Notes: generated by a model not told the origin, from the letters alone. Shown: positions 32,108 to 43,428, counted from the stretch's first letter. The stretch: DNA of 64,000 bases from Bacteroidales bacterium (GCA_041686375.1 JAWLEB010000010.1:15301-79300), one strand, 5' to 3'. Program-made: numbers and translations.

Positions 32108-34438
32108 TTAAAATGGGTACCCAATGGCAATATTCCATGAAAGCGTTTTATTAGAAATTTTCCTATTTCCAGGGAGCCATCTGTTATGTTTTTCAAAGCT
32201 TGGGTCTCTCATTTTCGCTCCAATATCGAAACGAACTACAGCGAATGACAAATCGAATCTCAGGCCTATTCCTGTTCCAACCGCCAAATCTTCATAAAAT
32301 TTATCCCATCTGAACATAGCACCTTGAATATTAGCGTGTTTCTGAATTGTCCAGATATTTCCAACGTCAAGAAAGAGTGCTCCTTCAAGTATCCAGAACA
32401 TATCAAAGCGATATTCCATGTTTGCTTCAATTTTCATATCACCTGTCTGGTTTGGATATCTGCTTTGCTCCTCAGACGAAAAAGAGCCTGGTCCTAATGA
32501 ACGTACATCCCATGCTCTGATACTGTTAGCTCCTCCTGAAAAATATTGCTTGACAAAAGGTAAAGCGGAAGAATTTCCATAAGGCAGACCACCCCCGGCA
32601 AAAAATCTGTATACCATTCGCTTATCAGAGTTTAGAACTCTATAATATCTCATGTCCAAATCAAGCTTTACAAATTGTGCGTAACGAATTCCGAAAAGCT
32701 CATAATGGTCTTTTCCTCCTGTAGTCCTTGTTAATGCATTAATTCCTGTCAGAATATTTCCGCCAAATTCTGTATTTACCCTAAAATACTGGAAATCCCT
32801 TGTTTTTTTTACATCCTGATTATTGTAAATAAAGTTATAACTAGATAATGACAAGAAATGGTTTTCATAACTATTCCTTAAATAAGTAGTTTCAATTGTT
32901 TCCTGAAACTCCTCAGATCGAAAAGGTAATCTTAGTATATTTAGCTCCACTGGATTAACAAAATGATTAAAATTTCCATCTTCCCACTTATATCCAAATG
33001 ACATATTAGCCAGAGTACGGGAGTAATCAGGACGCTCCTGATAATTATATTGAGCTGAAAATGAAGTTTTCGGATGATACTTTTTCACAAACTGTTCGCT
33101 TTCCAGAAATGGTAACATAAATTTAGGGAAAGCAATATTAACTTCTCCCCCGATTTTAACAATATTATCTATCCTGCTAACTCTTTCCGGGTCGAGTATC
33201 TCAAAAGCTCCAGTTAATTTTGTCTCAAAATTCTCAGCCCCTCCAAACAAATTTTTATGATTGTATAGAAAATTGCCTGCACCACCCAAATTACCGGATG
33301 AATTGGTACCTTCCAGTTCAATAGTATAAGACTGTGATTTAAATTTTTTCAGATAAATATGAGCATTTAAATATTGAGTTCCATCCACTCCGGTACTGTC
33401 CACCTCCCTAAATCTTATATTTATCAATTTAAAAAGTCTGTATGAATTAAGATGATCATATGTACTATTCACATCATCCCTATTATACCATTCTCCAGGC
33501 TGTAAATAATTAGCCTGCTTAATAAGATTGAAATTAAACTCTGGGGCATCACGATAAACAAAATGAAACTCGTCAAACTCTGTACTATCGGAATTACTTA
33601 AATATTGCTCTTCACTAGCTATAGCTTCTTTAGGATCATAATTTGGATATACATAAATTTTATTCAATTTAAATCTGCTATGTGGTACCCTTTTATAAGA
33701 ATCATCCTCATCGCGTGTTAAAAATTGATTAATCTGCACATTTAAATCGACCCATCTATTCCCGCTTGTGCTTATGCTTGTATCCGCTATATAATTAATA
33801 AAATCCTTAGAAAACCGATAATATCCCTTGCTTTTTAAATACCGATTTATACGCTCCCTCTCTTCTTGAAGTAATTCAACGTCAAAAATATCACCTTTGC
33901 TTAACAAAGTATTTGATGTATCCTGGTAAATAAACTTTTCTAAAGAGGTATCCCGAACTTCAAAATCTACATTCCTTATCCGGTATGGTTCTTTGGGGTC
34001 AACGTAGTACTTTACTTTCGCTTTATTATTTTTCAGAATAGCAGTATCTTTTACTTTTGCATTATAATAACCTTTATTTTCAAGATAGTATAACATCTGT
34101 TCTTTAGTATCATGCATTAGAAATTCATCCCAAACAACCGGTTCTTCACCTTTATCTCTTAAGAATTGATGAATTCCTTTTTCTTTATCTGGATTTGACA
34201 GACTATAAACATACATAGGTAATTTAATGCCCAGAAAAGTTCTATTAGGCGTTTGTCGTATAAATTGTTCCAACTCTCTTTCTTTTATTTTTTTTGAACT
34301 GCTTTCTACTTTATTCTTTTTCAGCAAATACTTATCTTTGGGGATATATTTTGACGGACTGCAAGCAAACAAAAACAACAAAAGTATAGAAAGGATATAT
34401 ACAGGCCTAATAATAAAAATTGTATGTGACTTAAACAT
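32108..34438 (-). CDS. BamA/TamA-family (Omp85, surface antigen D15) outer-membrane protein, lipoprotein-type signal
   Basis: 776 aa with the lipobox-like LLLFLFACSPSK. N-terminal POTRA-like repeats. C-terminal beta-barrel ends ...WNIAIGYPF (aromatic terminal residue). Confidence 0.75.
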   Translation of the reverse strand: MFKSHTIFIIRPVYILSILLLFLFACSPSKYIPKDKYLLKKNKVESSSKKIKERELEQFIRQTPNRTFLGIKLPMYVYSLSNPDKEKGIHQFLRDKGEEPVVWDEFLMHDTKEQMLYYLENKGYYNAKVKDTAILKNNKAKVKYYVDPKEPYRIRNVDFEVRDTSLEKFIYQDTSNTLLSKGDIFDVELLQEERERINRYLKSKGYYRFSKDFINYIADTSISTSGNRWVDLNVQINQFLTRDEDDSYKRVPHSRFKLNKIYVYPNYDPKEAIASEEQYLSNSDSTEFDEFHFVYRDAPEFNFNLIKQANYLQPGEWYNRDDVNSTYDHLNSYRLFKLINIRFREVDSTGVDGTQYLNAHIYLKKFKSQSYTIELEGTNSSGNLGGAGNFLYNHKNLFGGAENFETKLTGAFEILDPERVSRIDNIVKIGGEVNIAFPKFMLPFLESEQFVKKYHPKTSFSAQYNYQERPDYSRTLANMSFGYKWEDGNFNHFVNPVELNILRLPFRSEEFQETIETTYLRNSYENHFLSLSSYNFIYNNQDVKKTRDFQYFRVNTEFGGNILTGINALTRTTGGKDHYELFGIRYAQFVKLDLDMRYYRVLNSDKRMVYRFFAGGGLPYGNSSALPFVKQYFSGGANSIRAWDVRSLGPGSFSSEEQSRYPNQTGDMKIEANMEYRFDMFWILEGALFLDVGNIWTIQKHANIQGAMFRWDKFYEDLAVGTGIGLRFDLSFAVVRFDIGAKMRDPSFEKHNRWLPGNRKISNKTLSWNIAIGYPF

Positions 34439-34471
34439 TTATTAATTCATTCTTATCTATAATACAACGAG

Positions 34472-35254
34472 ATGCTAAGCAAAAATAAGATTAAATTTAT
34501 TAACAGACTAAAAAAAAAGAAAGAGAGAAATGAGAAAAAACTCTTTCTTGCAGAAGGAGAGAAAATAGTAAACGAAATGATACATTCAAGCCTGGAAACA
34601 GCAACACTGGTTGCGGAGGAAAAATTTATTAATACATTGACAAAACATGAGCTAAACAAAATTGATGAAATAATTCCGGTAAAGTCAAACGAACTTCAGC
34701 ATATCAGTAGTCTGAAAACCCCCAATAAAGCTTTAGCAGTTATAAAACAACCTTTATTTAGTATCAACACATCGGAAATAAGAAATTCACTTACTCTAGG
34801 CATAGACGCAATAAACGACCCAGGAAACTTAGGAACAATAGTCAGGATTGCTGACTGGTTTGGTATATACAACATCTTCTGTTCCGAGGACACAGTAGAT
34901 GTATATAATCCAAAATCAGTACAAGCCACCATGGGAGCAATAAGCCGGGTAAAAATACATTATATAAACCTCCAGAAAATAATAGAGCAATTGAGAGAGG
35001 ATAAAAATTTTAATATTTACGGGTGTTTTCTTGAGGGGAGCAATATCTACAAAGAAAATTTAAGTCCATATGGACTCATCATTTTAGGAAGTGAATCTCA
35101 TGGTGTCTCAGAACCTGTATCAAAACTTGTTTATAACAAGTTGTATATACCAAATTTCTCAACAAACAAGCACATAAGTTCAGAATCCTTAAATGTTTCC
35201 ATAGCAACAGGCATTGTTTGTTCAGAATTCAGGAGAAGAAATTTAGAGGATTAA
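34472..35254 (+). CDS. TrmH/SpoU-family RNA 2'-O-methyltransferase
   Basis: 260 aa. FLAEGEKIVNE near the N-terminus. SPOUT motifs DAINDPGNLGTIVRIADWFG, LGSESHGVS and SLNVSIATGIV. Confidence 0.85.
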   Translation: MLSKNKIKFINRLKKKKERNEKKLFLAEGEKIVNEMIHSSLETATLVAEEKFINTLTKHELNKIDEIIPVKSNELQHISSLKTPNKALAVIKQPLFSINTSEIRNSLTLGIDAINDPGNLGTIVRIADWFGIYNIFCSEDTVDVYNPKSVQATMGAISRVKIHYINLQKIIEQLREDKNFNIYGCFLEGSNIYKENLSPYGLIILGSESHGVSEPVSKLVYNKLYIPNFSTNKHISSESLNVSIATGIVCSEFRRRNLED

Positions 35255-35280
35255 ACTTGAGCAAGATCAACAAGTCTGGC

Positions 35281-35991
35281 TTATTCAAAATAGAAAGACA
35301 AACTAAACACTCTGGATTGAAGTTTATCTATAGACTCAACATATGCAGGGTATCTGTCATGTTTATCCGGGGAAAGAACATTGTGGATGCCAGCGGAATA
35401 TCTTAATTCCACAGATAGTTTAAAATAAGGTAAGTAAAAATCAACACCAAAACCTCCTTCCAGGTATATATCAAATGGCCGAAGTTTCACGAATATGTCT
35501 TCGTCCGCATTAAAATCCTTATTTCTTGCCATATCCCAGCGAAAATTCACACCTGAAATTAAATAAGGACGATAATTATAGACTCTTTCTGCCTGGTAAC
35601 GAATTATGAATGGCAAATTTATAAATGTTGACCCTAAACTCATGCTGGTGTGAGATTCCCAACTTGAATCGGTTCGCTCATAAAATTTTAAATTTCTTTC
35701 ACCTAATGAAATACCAGGTAAAAAGCGGAAATCCCAACGATTAGACAATCGTAAATTGCTGACTATTGCGATATCAATGCCCGGAGCCAGCTCATTGAGC
35801 TCGGGTAATGTATCATTTTTAGGGGCGCTTTCACTTGGGTATATTGCAAAGCTCATCGTATTAAAACCAATGGTATATCCAAAATGGAATGGCTTTAGAT
35901 CAATTTCCTGGTAATTAAGCACTTTTTCCTGCTGCGAGAAAATACTTAAGGGAATCACTAACAATACTATGAATATCTGTATTCGTCTCAA
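35281..35991 (-). CDS. small outer-membrane beta-barrel protein, PorT-family-like
   Basis: 236 aa with a signal peptide (IFIVLLVIPLSIFSQQ). Alternating beta-strand pattern ending SLSFYFE. Size and sequence style resemble PorT/OMP_b-brl_2 proteins. The start is TTG in the track and is uncertain. Confidence 0.5.
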   Translation of the reverse strand: MRRIQIFIVLLVIPLSIFSQQEKVLNYQEIDLKPFHFGYTIGFNTMSFAIYPSESAPKNDTLPELNELAPGIDIAIVSNLRLSNRWDFRFLPGISLGERNLKFYERTDSSWESHTSMSLGSTFINLPFIIRYQAERVYNYRPYLISGVNFRWDMARNKDFNADEDIFVKLRPFDIYLEGGFGVDFYLPYFKLSVELRYSAGIHNVLSPDKHDRYPAYVESIDKLQSRVFSLSFYFE

Positions 35992-36272
35992 GTGATAGTA
36001 TATTTAAATTGAAAAAACGTAATAACGGTATAAATAGTATAATTTTTCTTTCTAAAGTTCCAAAACATCGGTCAATTTGTGAGTGTATCTCTGATATATC
36101 TAAATGTAAATTTCCAGATAATACTGCATAAGTTAAAATGTTCCGCTAATCTATTCCCAAAAAATCAAACATGATTATACAAATATGCAAGGCGTAAACA
36201 AGTCAACTGAAAACTTTATTTCAGGCTTAGTATGCTTTTAAATCAATTTACAAATTTGTATAAATTGTATAG

Positions 36273-38495
36273 CTATTCATCTTCAGCAATCTCTGCTAAA
36301 GCATTATCGTATACTTTTTTAATATCATGGATAAATCCGAAGGAATCATCATCAATACGAATTTCAGACTTTGTAACGTGCCCTAAGGTAGAAAAAGGCA
36401 CATGCTGTTCTATCATAAAATCGATAAATTTTGATTCAGCATTAGGTGTGACACTCACGACAACTCTGCTCTGGGATTCACCAAACAGGAAGGCATCTCT
36501 TCGGACATCAGCGATTGTAGTAATATCAAACCCCAAACTTTTAACCATTGCTGATTCAAGAAGAGTAATAAATACACCTCCATCAGATACATCATGAGCA
36601 GATTTAATCAGGCCTTGTTTTATAAGATTTTTTATAACCTGCTGTACTTTATATTCAAATTCTATATCAAATTGTGGTGCGGGAGATTCTTTAATGCTAT
36701 GGTAAGCGTATAAATATTCCGAAGAAGCCAAATCATCACTTGAACGACCGATAAGGAAAATCATATCCCCTTTTTCTTTAAAAGCAATGGTCGTATGGCG
36801 TCTTGTATTATTTAATATGCCTATCATTCCAATTACCGGCGTTGGAAATACAGGTTCTTCTTTACCATTGGTTGTTGTTTGATTGTAAAAACTAACATTA
36901 CCACCGGTAACAGGTGTATTAAATTTTCTGCATGCATCCCCCATTCCTTTAACAGCCTCAACAAACTGCCAATACGCTTCAGGGTTATACGGATTGCCAA
37001 AATTCAGGCAATTGGATATTGCAACAGGCTCTCCACCAGAACAAACGATATTTCTGGCCGCTTCAGCGACAGCAATTTGAGTACCTACATATGGATCTGC
37101 ATGGACATATCTTGCATTGCAATCAACAGTCATAGCCAATGCCTTATCTTTATCCTTGAGGTTAAAAACCCCTGCATCAGAAGGGAAATTAGTCCCCATA
37201 TTAGCAGTACCAACCATAGTATCGTATTGTTCTGCAACCCAACGTTTTGATGCTATATTAGGATTTCTTATCATAGCATCTATCACACTTCTTAATTCTG
37301 TTGGTTCCGGAACATTTTTCTCAGAAAATTGTTTAGATCTTTCTATATATGCAGGTTTTTTATATTCCCTGTCATAAACGGGAGCGCCTCCACCAAGGAC
37401 AAGATCGAAAGCTGGTACATCAGCTACCAGTTCATTATTAAAATAAAAATACAACCGGTTCTCTTCTATCACTTCCCCGATAATTTCACGATTCAAATCC
37501 CATTTATCAAAAATTTGCTCTACCACTTCTTCTTTACCTTTTTCCACAACCACCAGCATTCGCTCCTGCGATTCAGAGAGCAAAATTTCAAATGGGGCCA
37601 TATTTTTTTGTCGCAGAGGTACTTTATCCAAATTGATGCGCATACCTTGTTCACCTTTAGCAGCCATTTCGGATGTAGAGCAAATAATTCCGGCTGCACC
37701 CATATCCTGCATCCCAACGACAACACCTGATTTATTGAGTTCCAGTGTAGCTTCGAGTAACAATTTTTCCATGAAAGGATCACCCACTTGAACCGATGGT
37801 AAATCTTCCGAAGATTTTTCCGTAAGATTAGCAGAAGCAAATGTAGTGCCATGTATCCCATCTTTCCCAGTAGATGAGCCAACTATATATACTGGATTCC
37901 CTGTGCCTTTTGCAATAGCAGATATTACCCGGTCTTTTTTTACAAGACCAACAGACATGGCGTTCACAAGAGGGTTGGTATTATAACATTTATCAAAGAA
38001 TACTTCACCAGCAAGGACAGGAACTCCAAAAGAATTTCCATAATCGCCTATTCCTTTCACCACACCCCTCATGTGCCATTTGGTTCTTTCAAGCTGCGGA
38101 TCTCCAAATCTCAATGAGTTAAGTTGTGCTACGGGTCTTGCACCCATTGTAAAAATATCTCTGTTAATTCCTCCGACACCAGTTGCAGCTCCTTGATATG
38201 GTTCAATAGCTGACGGATGGTTATGGGATTCAATTTTAAATGCACAGGCCAAATCATCTCCAAGATCCACAAGCCCTGCATTTTCTTCTCCCGCTTCAGC
38301 CATCAATTGGTCACCTTCTCTGGGCAAAGTTTTAATCCATTTTATTGAATTCTTATATGAAGCATGCTCCGACCACATTACTGAAAAAATGCTCAACTCA
38401 GTAAAGTTAGGATTTCTACCCAGAATTGCTTTGATTTTTTCATATTCTTCCTGTAGCAAACCCAGTTCCTTTGCAGTATCAAGTGTAACTTCCAT
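36273..38495 (-). CDS. purL: phosphoribosylformylglycinamidine synthase subunit PurL
   Basis: About 740 aa from ATG 38495 (MEVTLDTAKELGLLQEEYEKI). SEHASYKNS, IESHNHPSAIEPYQGAATGVGGINRD and duplicated AIR-synthase-like domains. Confidence 0.95.
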   Translation of the reverse strand: MEVTLDTAKELGLLQEEYEKIKAILGRNPNFTELSIFSVMWSEHASYKNSIKWIKTLPREGDQLMAEAGEENAGLVDLGDDLACAFKIESHNHPSAIEPYQGAATGVGGINRDIFTMGARPVAQLNSLRFGDPQLERTKWHMRGVVKGIGDYGNSFGVPVLAGEVFFDKCYNTNPLVNAMSVGLVKKDRVISAIAKGTGNPVYIVGSSTGKDGIHGTTFASANLTEKSSEDLPSVQVGDPFMEKLLLEATLELNKSGVVVGMQDMGAAGIICSTSEMAAKGEQGMRINLDKVPLRQKNMAPFEILLSESQERMLVVVEKGKEEVVEQIFDKWDLNREIIGEVIEENRLYFYFNNELVADVPAFDLVLGGGAPVYDREYKKPAYIERSKQFSEKNVPEPTELRSVIDAMIRNPNIASKRWVAEQYDTMVGTANMGTNFPSDAGVFNLKDKDKALAMTVDCNARYVHADPYVGTQIAVAEAARNIVCSGGEPVAISNCLNFGNPYNPEAYWQFVEAVKGMGDACRKFNTPVTGGNVSFYNQTTTNGKEEPVFPTPVIGMIGILNNTRRHTTIAFKEKGDMIFLIGRSSDDLASSEYLYAYHSIKESPAPQFDIEFEYKVQQVIKNLIKQGLIKSAHDVSDGGVFITLLESAMVKSLGFDITTIADVRRDAFLFGESQSRVVVSVTPNAESKFIDFMIEQHVPFSTLGHVTKSEIRIDDDSFGFIHDIKKVYDNALAEIAEDE

Positions 38496-38671
38496 TGTAT
38501 TCGTTTTTGTATAAATTTTAACCAAACAAATATACAGAACAAATCATATAAAACATGGAAAAGTATGATATTTTAACCGGTTTCTTGCAAAAGGAGCAAC
38601 AAATCTTCAAAGAATTATAATAAAACAAACTGCTATCCACACGAATTTTACATCTATTTCAAAACACATTT

Positions 38672-39718
38672 TCAGTCTATTAAGCCAAGCCTTTTTGCCC
38701 TTCTTTCCCATATTTTCATAGCTTGTTTTTGCATGTCTTCAACATTATCCAGTTCATCCACTATTTCCGTCCCTAACAATGTTTCTATAACATCCTCCAT
38801 TGTGACAATTCCTACCATTTCTCCATATTCACCAACCACCATAGCGATATGTTCTTTTTCTTCAATCAACCTGTAAAACAGTTTTACAATTGGCATTTTC
38901 TCATTTACCACCATTAAATCTCTACTTAGACTTCTCAATTTCTTGTTCCATTTCTTCTCTATCATATTCTCCATAAGGTCATCTTTAAGGACATAACCGG
39001 TAATACCATCAATATCAGTATAATAGATTGGAATCCTTGAAACACGAATTTTCTCATGCTGCTCAAAAAACTGTTTTATAGTAAGCTCCTGTGGTGATGC
39101 AACCACCACGGTTCTGGGTGTCATGATGCTTTTAACAACAATATTATTAAATTTCATCAAGTTCAATAAAATTTTTGATTCTTCTTCCTGAAAAATTCCT
39201 TCCTTAATTCCAATTTCTGTCATTGCCTGAAACTCAGATCTACTGAGAACTGTTCCAGTTTTTTTCTTATTTAAAATCCTTGTAACGTATTTACTTAATA
39301 TAACAAATGGAAATAATGGAGAATATATTAAGATTTTCAATGTAGTTGCTGTAAAAGGAGCTAATCCTTTCCAAAAGTTAGCCCCTATAGTCTTCGGAAT
39401 AATTTCAGAAAAAATTAATATCAAAAGTGTTAACACCCCCGAGATAACAGATAAATATTCATTGCCCCATATCGCTTGTGCCTGAGCTCCAGCGCCAGCA
39501 GCTCCTATAGTATGAGCGAAAGTATTAAGTGTAAGAATAGCTGCTAATGGAGTATCTATTTCCTCTTTGAATTTTTTTAAAGTTTTTCCGTACTTTTTTT
39601 TCTCGTTGATTTTAGCTGCAACAAATGAAGGAGTAATGCTCAACAATGCAGCTTCAAGCAAAGAACATAAAAATGAGAAAAACAGAGCAATAAATAAATA
39701 CAGAAGTAATAATCCCAT
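38672..39718 (-). CDS. CNNM/DUF21 transmembrane domain plus CBS-pair protein (hemolysin/CorB-like), lacking a CorC_HlyC tail
   Basis: 348 aa. N-terminal 4-TM DUF21-like region (LLEAALLSITPS...) followed by a CBS pair (IMTPRTVVVAS..., EYGEMVGIVTMEDVIETLLG). Confidence 0.8.
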   Translation of the reverse strand: MGLLLLYLFIALFFSFLCSLLEAALLSITPSFVAAKINEKKKYGKTLKKFKEEIDTPLAAILTLNTFAHTIGAAGAGAQAQAIWGNEYLSVISGVLTLLILIFSEIIPKTIGANFWKGLAPFTATTLKILIYSPLFPFVILSKYVTRILNKKKTGTVLSRSEFQAMTEIGIKEGIFQEEESKILLNLMKFNNIVVKSIMTPRTVVVASPQELTIKQFFEQHEKIRVSRIPIYYTDIDGITGYVLKDDLMENMIEKKWNKKLRSLSRDLMVVNEKMPIVKLFYRLIEEKEHIAMVVGEYGEMVGIVTMEDVIETLLGTEIVDELDNVEDMQKQAMKIWERRAKRLGLID

Positions 39719-39751
39719 AACAAATTATAGTATTAAGTTTAAAGTAAACAT

Positions 39752-40327
39752 CTACTCTTTATATAAATGTCTTTTTTGAATATAATCATATACATTATAT
39801 GGCAAAAAATATCTCACATTCTTACCCTTTTTAATTGACTCTCTTATAAAACTGGAAGATATTTCGATTCTAGGAGCATTAAAAAATTTCATTGGATATT
39901 TTTTTCTGAATTCCTCAGGAGATGTATCTATTCTTGGATATACAAACAATTCATATTGATTTATCAAATCTTCATAATCCTTCCATCTATGCAAATTTCT
40001 CAGGTTATCCGAGCCCATTATCATCACAAACTCTTTTCGGGGATATTTCTCACTCAGATAATTGAAAGTAGAAACAGTGTATGAAGGCTTTGGTAGGTCA
40101 AACTCCACTTTAGAAGGAATTATGCGGTCATTACTTTTCAGTGCCAATTTTACCATCTGGTAACGGTCATGTTCTGATATTAACTTATCCTCGTCTTTAA
40201 AAGGATTTTGAGGAGAGATAATTAGCCAAATTTGCTGAAGATCAGAAAACTCAGAAAAGTAGTTAGCAATAGCCAAATGTCCGATATGTACGGGGTTAAA
40301 TGATCCAAAGAACAAACCAACCTTCAT
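39752..40327 (-). CDS. nadD: nicotinate-nucleotide adenylyltransferase
   Basis: 191 aa. GLFFGSFNPVHIGH (HxGH motif) and ISSSFIRE. Confidence 0.9.
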   Translation of the reverse strand: MKVGLFFGSFNPVHIGHLAIANYFSEFSDLQQIWLIISPQNPFKDEDKLISEHDRYQMVKLALKSNDRIIPSKVEFDLPKPSYTVSTFNYLSEKYPRKEFVMIMGSDNLRNLHRWKDYEDLINQYELFVYPRIDTSPEEFRKKYPMKFFNAPRIEISSSFIRESIKKGKNVRYFLPYNVYDYIQKRHLYKE

Positions 40328-40367
40328 ACTTTTATTTTTTAATCAGCTTTAAGTACATCTGTAGAAT

Positions 40368-40943
40368 TTAACTTTGAGATGAATTCAAAAATTCAAGAAT
40401 GGCGTTTTCAGCTTCATTCACGGATTGATTCACATCAAAGTTATATATAATTTTATCAAAATGCGAAGCATATTGAATTTCTGATTCAGCCTTATAAATA
40501 CGAATTTTAATTTTCTCTGATTCTTCTGAAGAACGATTAATTAATCTCTGCTCAAGTTCATCTAATGATGGAGGCATTATAAATATCGCCAATGCCTCTT
40601 TTCCATAGATCTTCTTTAAATTTAATCCTCCGAATACATCTACATCAAAGATAAGATTACTGCCTTTATTACGAATCCGTTCTACTTCACTTTTTAAAGT
40701 GCCATAAAAATGATTAGGGTAAACTTCCTCCCATTCAACAAATTCATTATTTCGAATTTTCTTTTTAAACTCTTCTACTGTAAAAAAATAATAATCTATG
40801 CCATTGATTTCTGAATTTCGTTTTTCCCTGCTGCAGGCTGAAATTGAAAATTCAAGATTCAAATTTCTTTGTAATAAACTTCTTACAATAGTAGTTTTAC
40901 CAGCCCCTGAAGGGGCAGAAAATATTATGAGTTTACCTTTCAT
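40368..40943 (-). CDS. gmk: guanylate kinase
   Basis: 191 aa. P-loop SAPSGAGKTT, then ACSREKRNSEINGIDYYF. Confidence 0.92.
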   Translation of the reverse strand: MKGKLIIFSAPSGAGKTTIVRSLLQRNLNLEFSISACSREKRNSEINGIDYYFFTVEEFKKKIRNNEFVEWEEVYPNHFYGTLKSEVERIRNKGSNLIFDVDVFGGLNLKKIYGKEALAIFIMPPSLDELEQRLINRSSEESEKIKIRIYKAESEIQYASHFDKIIYNFDVNQSVNEAENAILEFLNSSQS

Positions 40944-41093
40944 TAGAATATTGTTAATATTTTTTATTAGCCATATCCTTCAAGCTTGATTCATTGGCAA
41001 TAATAAATTTGCAATATTTCCCCACAGAATTTATGTTTTATTCTCCATTCTTAAAAAATTGAACACAGTCCAATAAACTTAACATAAAAAATT

Positions 41094-41969
41094 CTACAAC
41101 ACATTCATTAATTGTTCTTTAATTTTTTCCAGCTCATCCTTCATTTTCACAACAATTTTTTGTATTCCGGCATCATTCGCTTTGGACCCTATGGTATTAA
41201 TTTCTCTGCCAATTTCCTGCGCAACAAAATTCAGTTTCTTACCTTCTGAATTGTGTTCGTCCATAATTTCCATGAAATAATCAAAATGATTTTTAAGTCT
41301 CACCTTCTCTTCTGCGATATCAAACTTCTCCAGGTAATATACCAATTCCTCTTCAAATCTTTTCTGATCAATTTCATAATCATGTTTTATTTCATTAAAA
41401 CGATTGTGCAAACGCTCTTTAACTCGATCAAAACGTCCATTATCAAGTTTTTCAATTTTCTCTATATAAGAAGATAAGATAGCTATTCGTTCTTTAAAAT
41501 CTTTTTCAATAGCTCTCCCTTCCTGTTGCCGAAAGTCCGATAATTTTGACAATGCCTTATCCATAACCTGGATAACCTTTTGCCATTCTTCATCAGTTAA
41601 TTCCTCTTCCTCCCTTGTAAAAGCTTCGGGCATTTGGAGAGCTGTACGGAGCAAATCTCCACTGAGCGGTATATTCATTTCTTCGCTAAGCTCACTAATC
41701 TGATGCATATAGTTTCTTACTACTGTTTTATTTATGTCCGCAGCATTTTCCTCTGCCTTATACTGTGGCTCAATCACACAATTTATCTTACCACGCTGTA
41801 ATTCCTGGCTGATTTTTTTCCTTAACTCCAGCTCTTTTTCCCTGAGATAAGAAGGTAACTTCATACTTATATCACAATATTTGCTGTTAAGAGCTTTTAT
41901 TTCAACAGATATAGTTTTATCAGCATATTCTGCATCTGCTTTTCCATATCCGGTCATCGAAAGTAACAT
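41094..41969 (-). CDS. yicC: YicC-family stress-induced protein (putative endoribonuclease)
   Basis: 291 aa. LSMTGYGKA N-terminus, C-terminal EIGREINTIGSKAND and EQLMNVL. Confidence 0.88.
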   Translation of the reverse strand: MLLSMTGYGKADAEYADKTISVEIKALNSKYCDISMKLPSYLREKELELRKKISQELQRGKINCVIEPQYKAEENAADINKTVVRNYMHQISELSEEMNIPLSGDLLRTALQMPEAFTREEEELTDEEWQKVIQVMDKALSKLSDFRQQEGRAIEKDFKERIAILSSYIEKIEKLDNGRFDRVKERLHNRFNEIKHDYEIDQKRFEEELVYYLEKFDIAEEKVRLKNHFDYFMEIMDEHNSEGKKLNFVAQEIGREINTIGSKANDAGIQKIVVKMKDELEKIKEQLMNVL

Positions 41970-42041
41970 ACAAGTAATTATTAATTTTATTTCTGCAAAG
42001 GTACAATAATAGAATTAATCCTGAATTATTCCCAATAAGTT

Positions 42042-43388
42042 TCAAAAATGTTTTTTCTTTTTTACGACAACCTTCTTCTTCCAGTTTCCCGTAAGATAAT
42101 AAGCATAGGCCATAAGGAAGCCCAGCACCCAGCCAATAGGTATAGACCACCAAATACCCACAGCTCCAAGTCTCTCTGAAAGCAAATAGGCTCCCGGAAT
42201 ACGAATGCCCCAGAGCGAAAATATGGTTGTAATCATTGGCACAACTGTAGCTCCAGCTCCCCTCAACACCCCTGAAGTAACAAACATCATAGAAAAAACA
42301 AGGTAGAACGATCCCACAATTGTCAGATATTCCACGCCAACTTCAATCACTGAACTATCCTGCGTGAACAGTCCCATTATGAAAGTTCCAAAGAGTAAAA
42401 CGACAACAGTAACGAGCAATGAAATTACTGACGACATCTTCAGCGTTTCAATATATCCCTTTTTCACTCTTTCCTCTTTGTTCGCTCCGAGATTTTGACC
42501 CACGAAAGTCGAAAGTGCTGTGGCAAAATTCATTGCCGGCAAAGTTGCAAGGGAATTCACCCGTGCTGCAACAGAATAAGCGGCAATAACACTTGTTCCA
42601 AATTGATTTACGATCCCAATCAGGGCCGTCATTCCCACAGCCACAACTGTTTGTTGGATACCAGTAGGAAGCCCGATACGCATACTTTTACGAAACAAAT
42701 CTTTATCAAAATAAAGATTTTTTAATGAAAAACGGATAACATTATGTGTTCGGTTCAGATAAATTACAGCCATAATAAACGCTCCTCCCTGTGCGAATAT
42801 TGAAGCAAAGGCAACCCCTTGTATACCCCATTCAAATACAATTACAAATAATAGATCAAGTGAAATATTCAACACAGTTGAAATAATTAAAAAGTAGAGG
42901 GGGGTTTTTGAATCTCCTAATCCACGCAAAGAAGCGCTTATTCCAAAAAAACCAAAAAAGACAAAAACCCCTCCAAAAAATATTTTAAGGTAAACCTGTG
43001 CAAGTGGAATCACTTCCTCCGGAAGTCTTAATAACAAAAATATTTCCCTGCTGAATAAGATACCCATTGAGCCTACTACAATTGCTCCAAAAAATAAAAA
43101 AATAAATAGGGTGTCAATGGTTCTTTTCACTTTATCCATTTCACCTGCCCCAAAATATTGGGCTATAACTACCGTACTTCCGGAAGCTATTCCAATAACC
43201 AATGCAAAAAACACAAAGATTACCGGAAAAGAAGCTCCAACTGCTGCCAAAGCCTCTTTTCCAATAAAATTACCAACTACCACACTATCCACTATGTTAT
43301 ATAGCTGATGAAATACATTCCCCAAAAGCATTGGCAGGGCAAAACGTAGAATCAGTCCTCTTTCTTTTCCACTTGTCAGGTCCTTCAT
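42042..43388 (-). CDS. MATE-family efflux transporter
   Basis: 448 aa, 12-TM pattern. N-terminus ILRFALPMLLGNVFHQLYNIVDSVVVGNFIGKEALAAVG is typical of MATE/NorM. Confidence 0.88.
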   Translation of the reverse strand: MKDLTSGKERGLILRFALPMLLGNVFHQLYNIVDSVVVGNFIGKEALAAVGASFPVIFVFFALVIGIASGSTVVIAQYFGAGEMDKVKRTIDTLFIFLFFGAIVVGSMGILFSREIFLLLRLPEEVIPLAQVYLKIFFGGVFVFFGFFGISASLRGLGDSKTPLYFLIISTVLNISLDLLFVIVFEWGIQGVAFASIFAQGGAFIMAVIYLNRTHNVIRFSLKNLYFDKDLFRKSMRIGLPTGIQQTVVAVGMTALIGIVNQFGTSVIAAYSVAARVNSLATLPAMNFATALSTFVGQNLGANKEERVKKGYIETLKMSSVISLLVTVVVLLFGTFIMGLFTQDSSVIEVGVEYLTIVGSFYLVFSMMFVTSGVLRGAGATVVPMITTIFSLWGIRIPGAYLLSERLGAVGIWWSIPIGWVLGFLMAYAYYLTGNWKKKVVVKKKKHF

Positions 43389-43428
43389 TATGACTTAGTT
43401 GGTTACCTTTATTCTGAAAAATAAACAA

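Noticed and set aside
34453-34659. 68-aa minus-strand ORF (F/S/L-rich) spanning the BamA-like/trmH divergent junction.
   Set aside because: It overlaps the well-supported trmH N-terminus on the opposite strand. Its composition reflects the antisense of a K/E/N-rich stretch.
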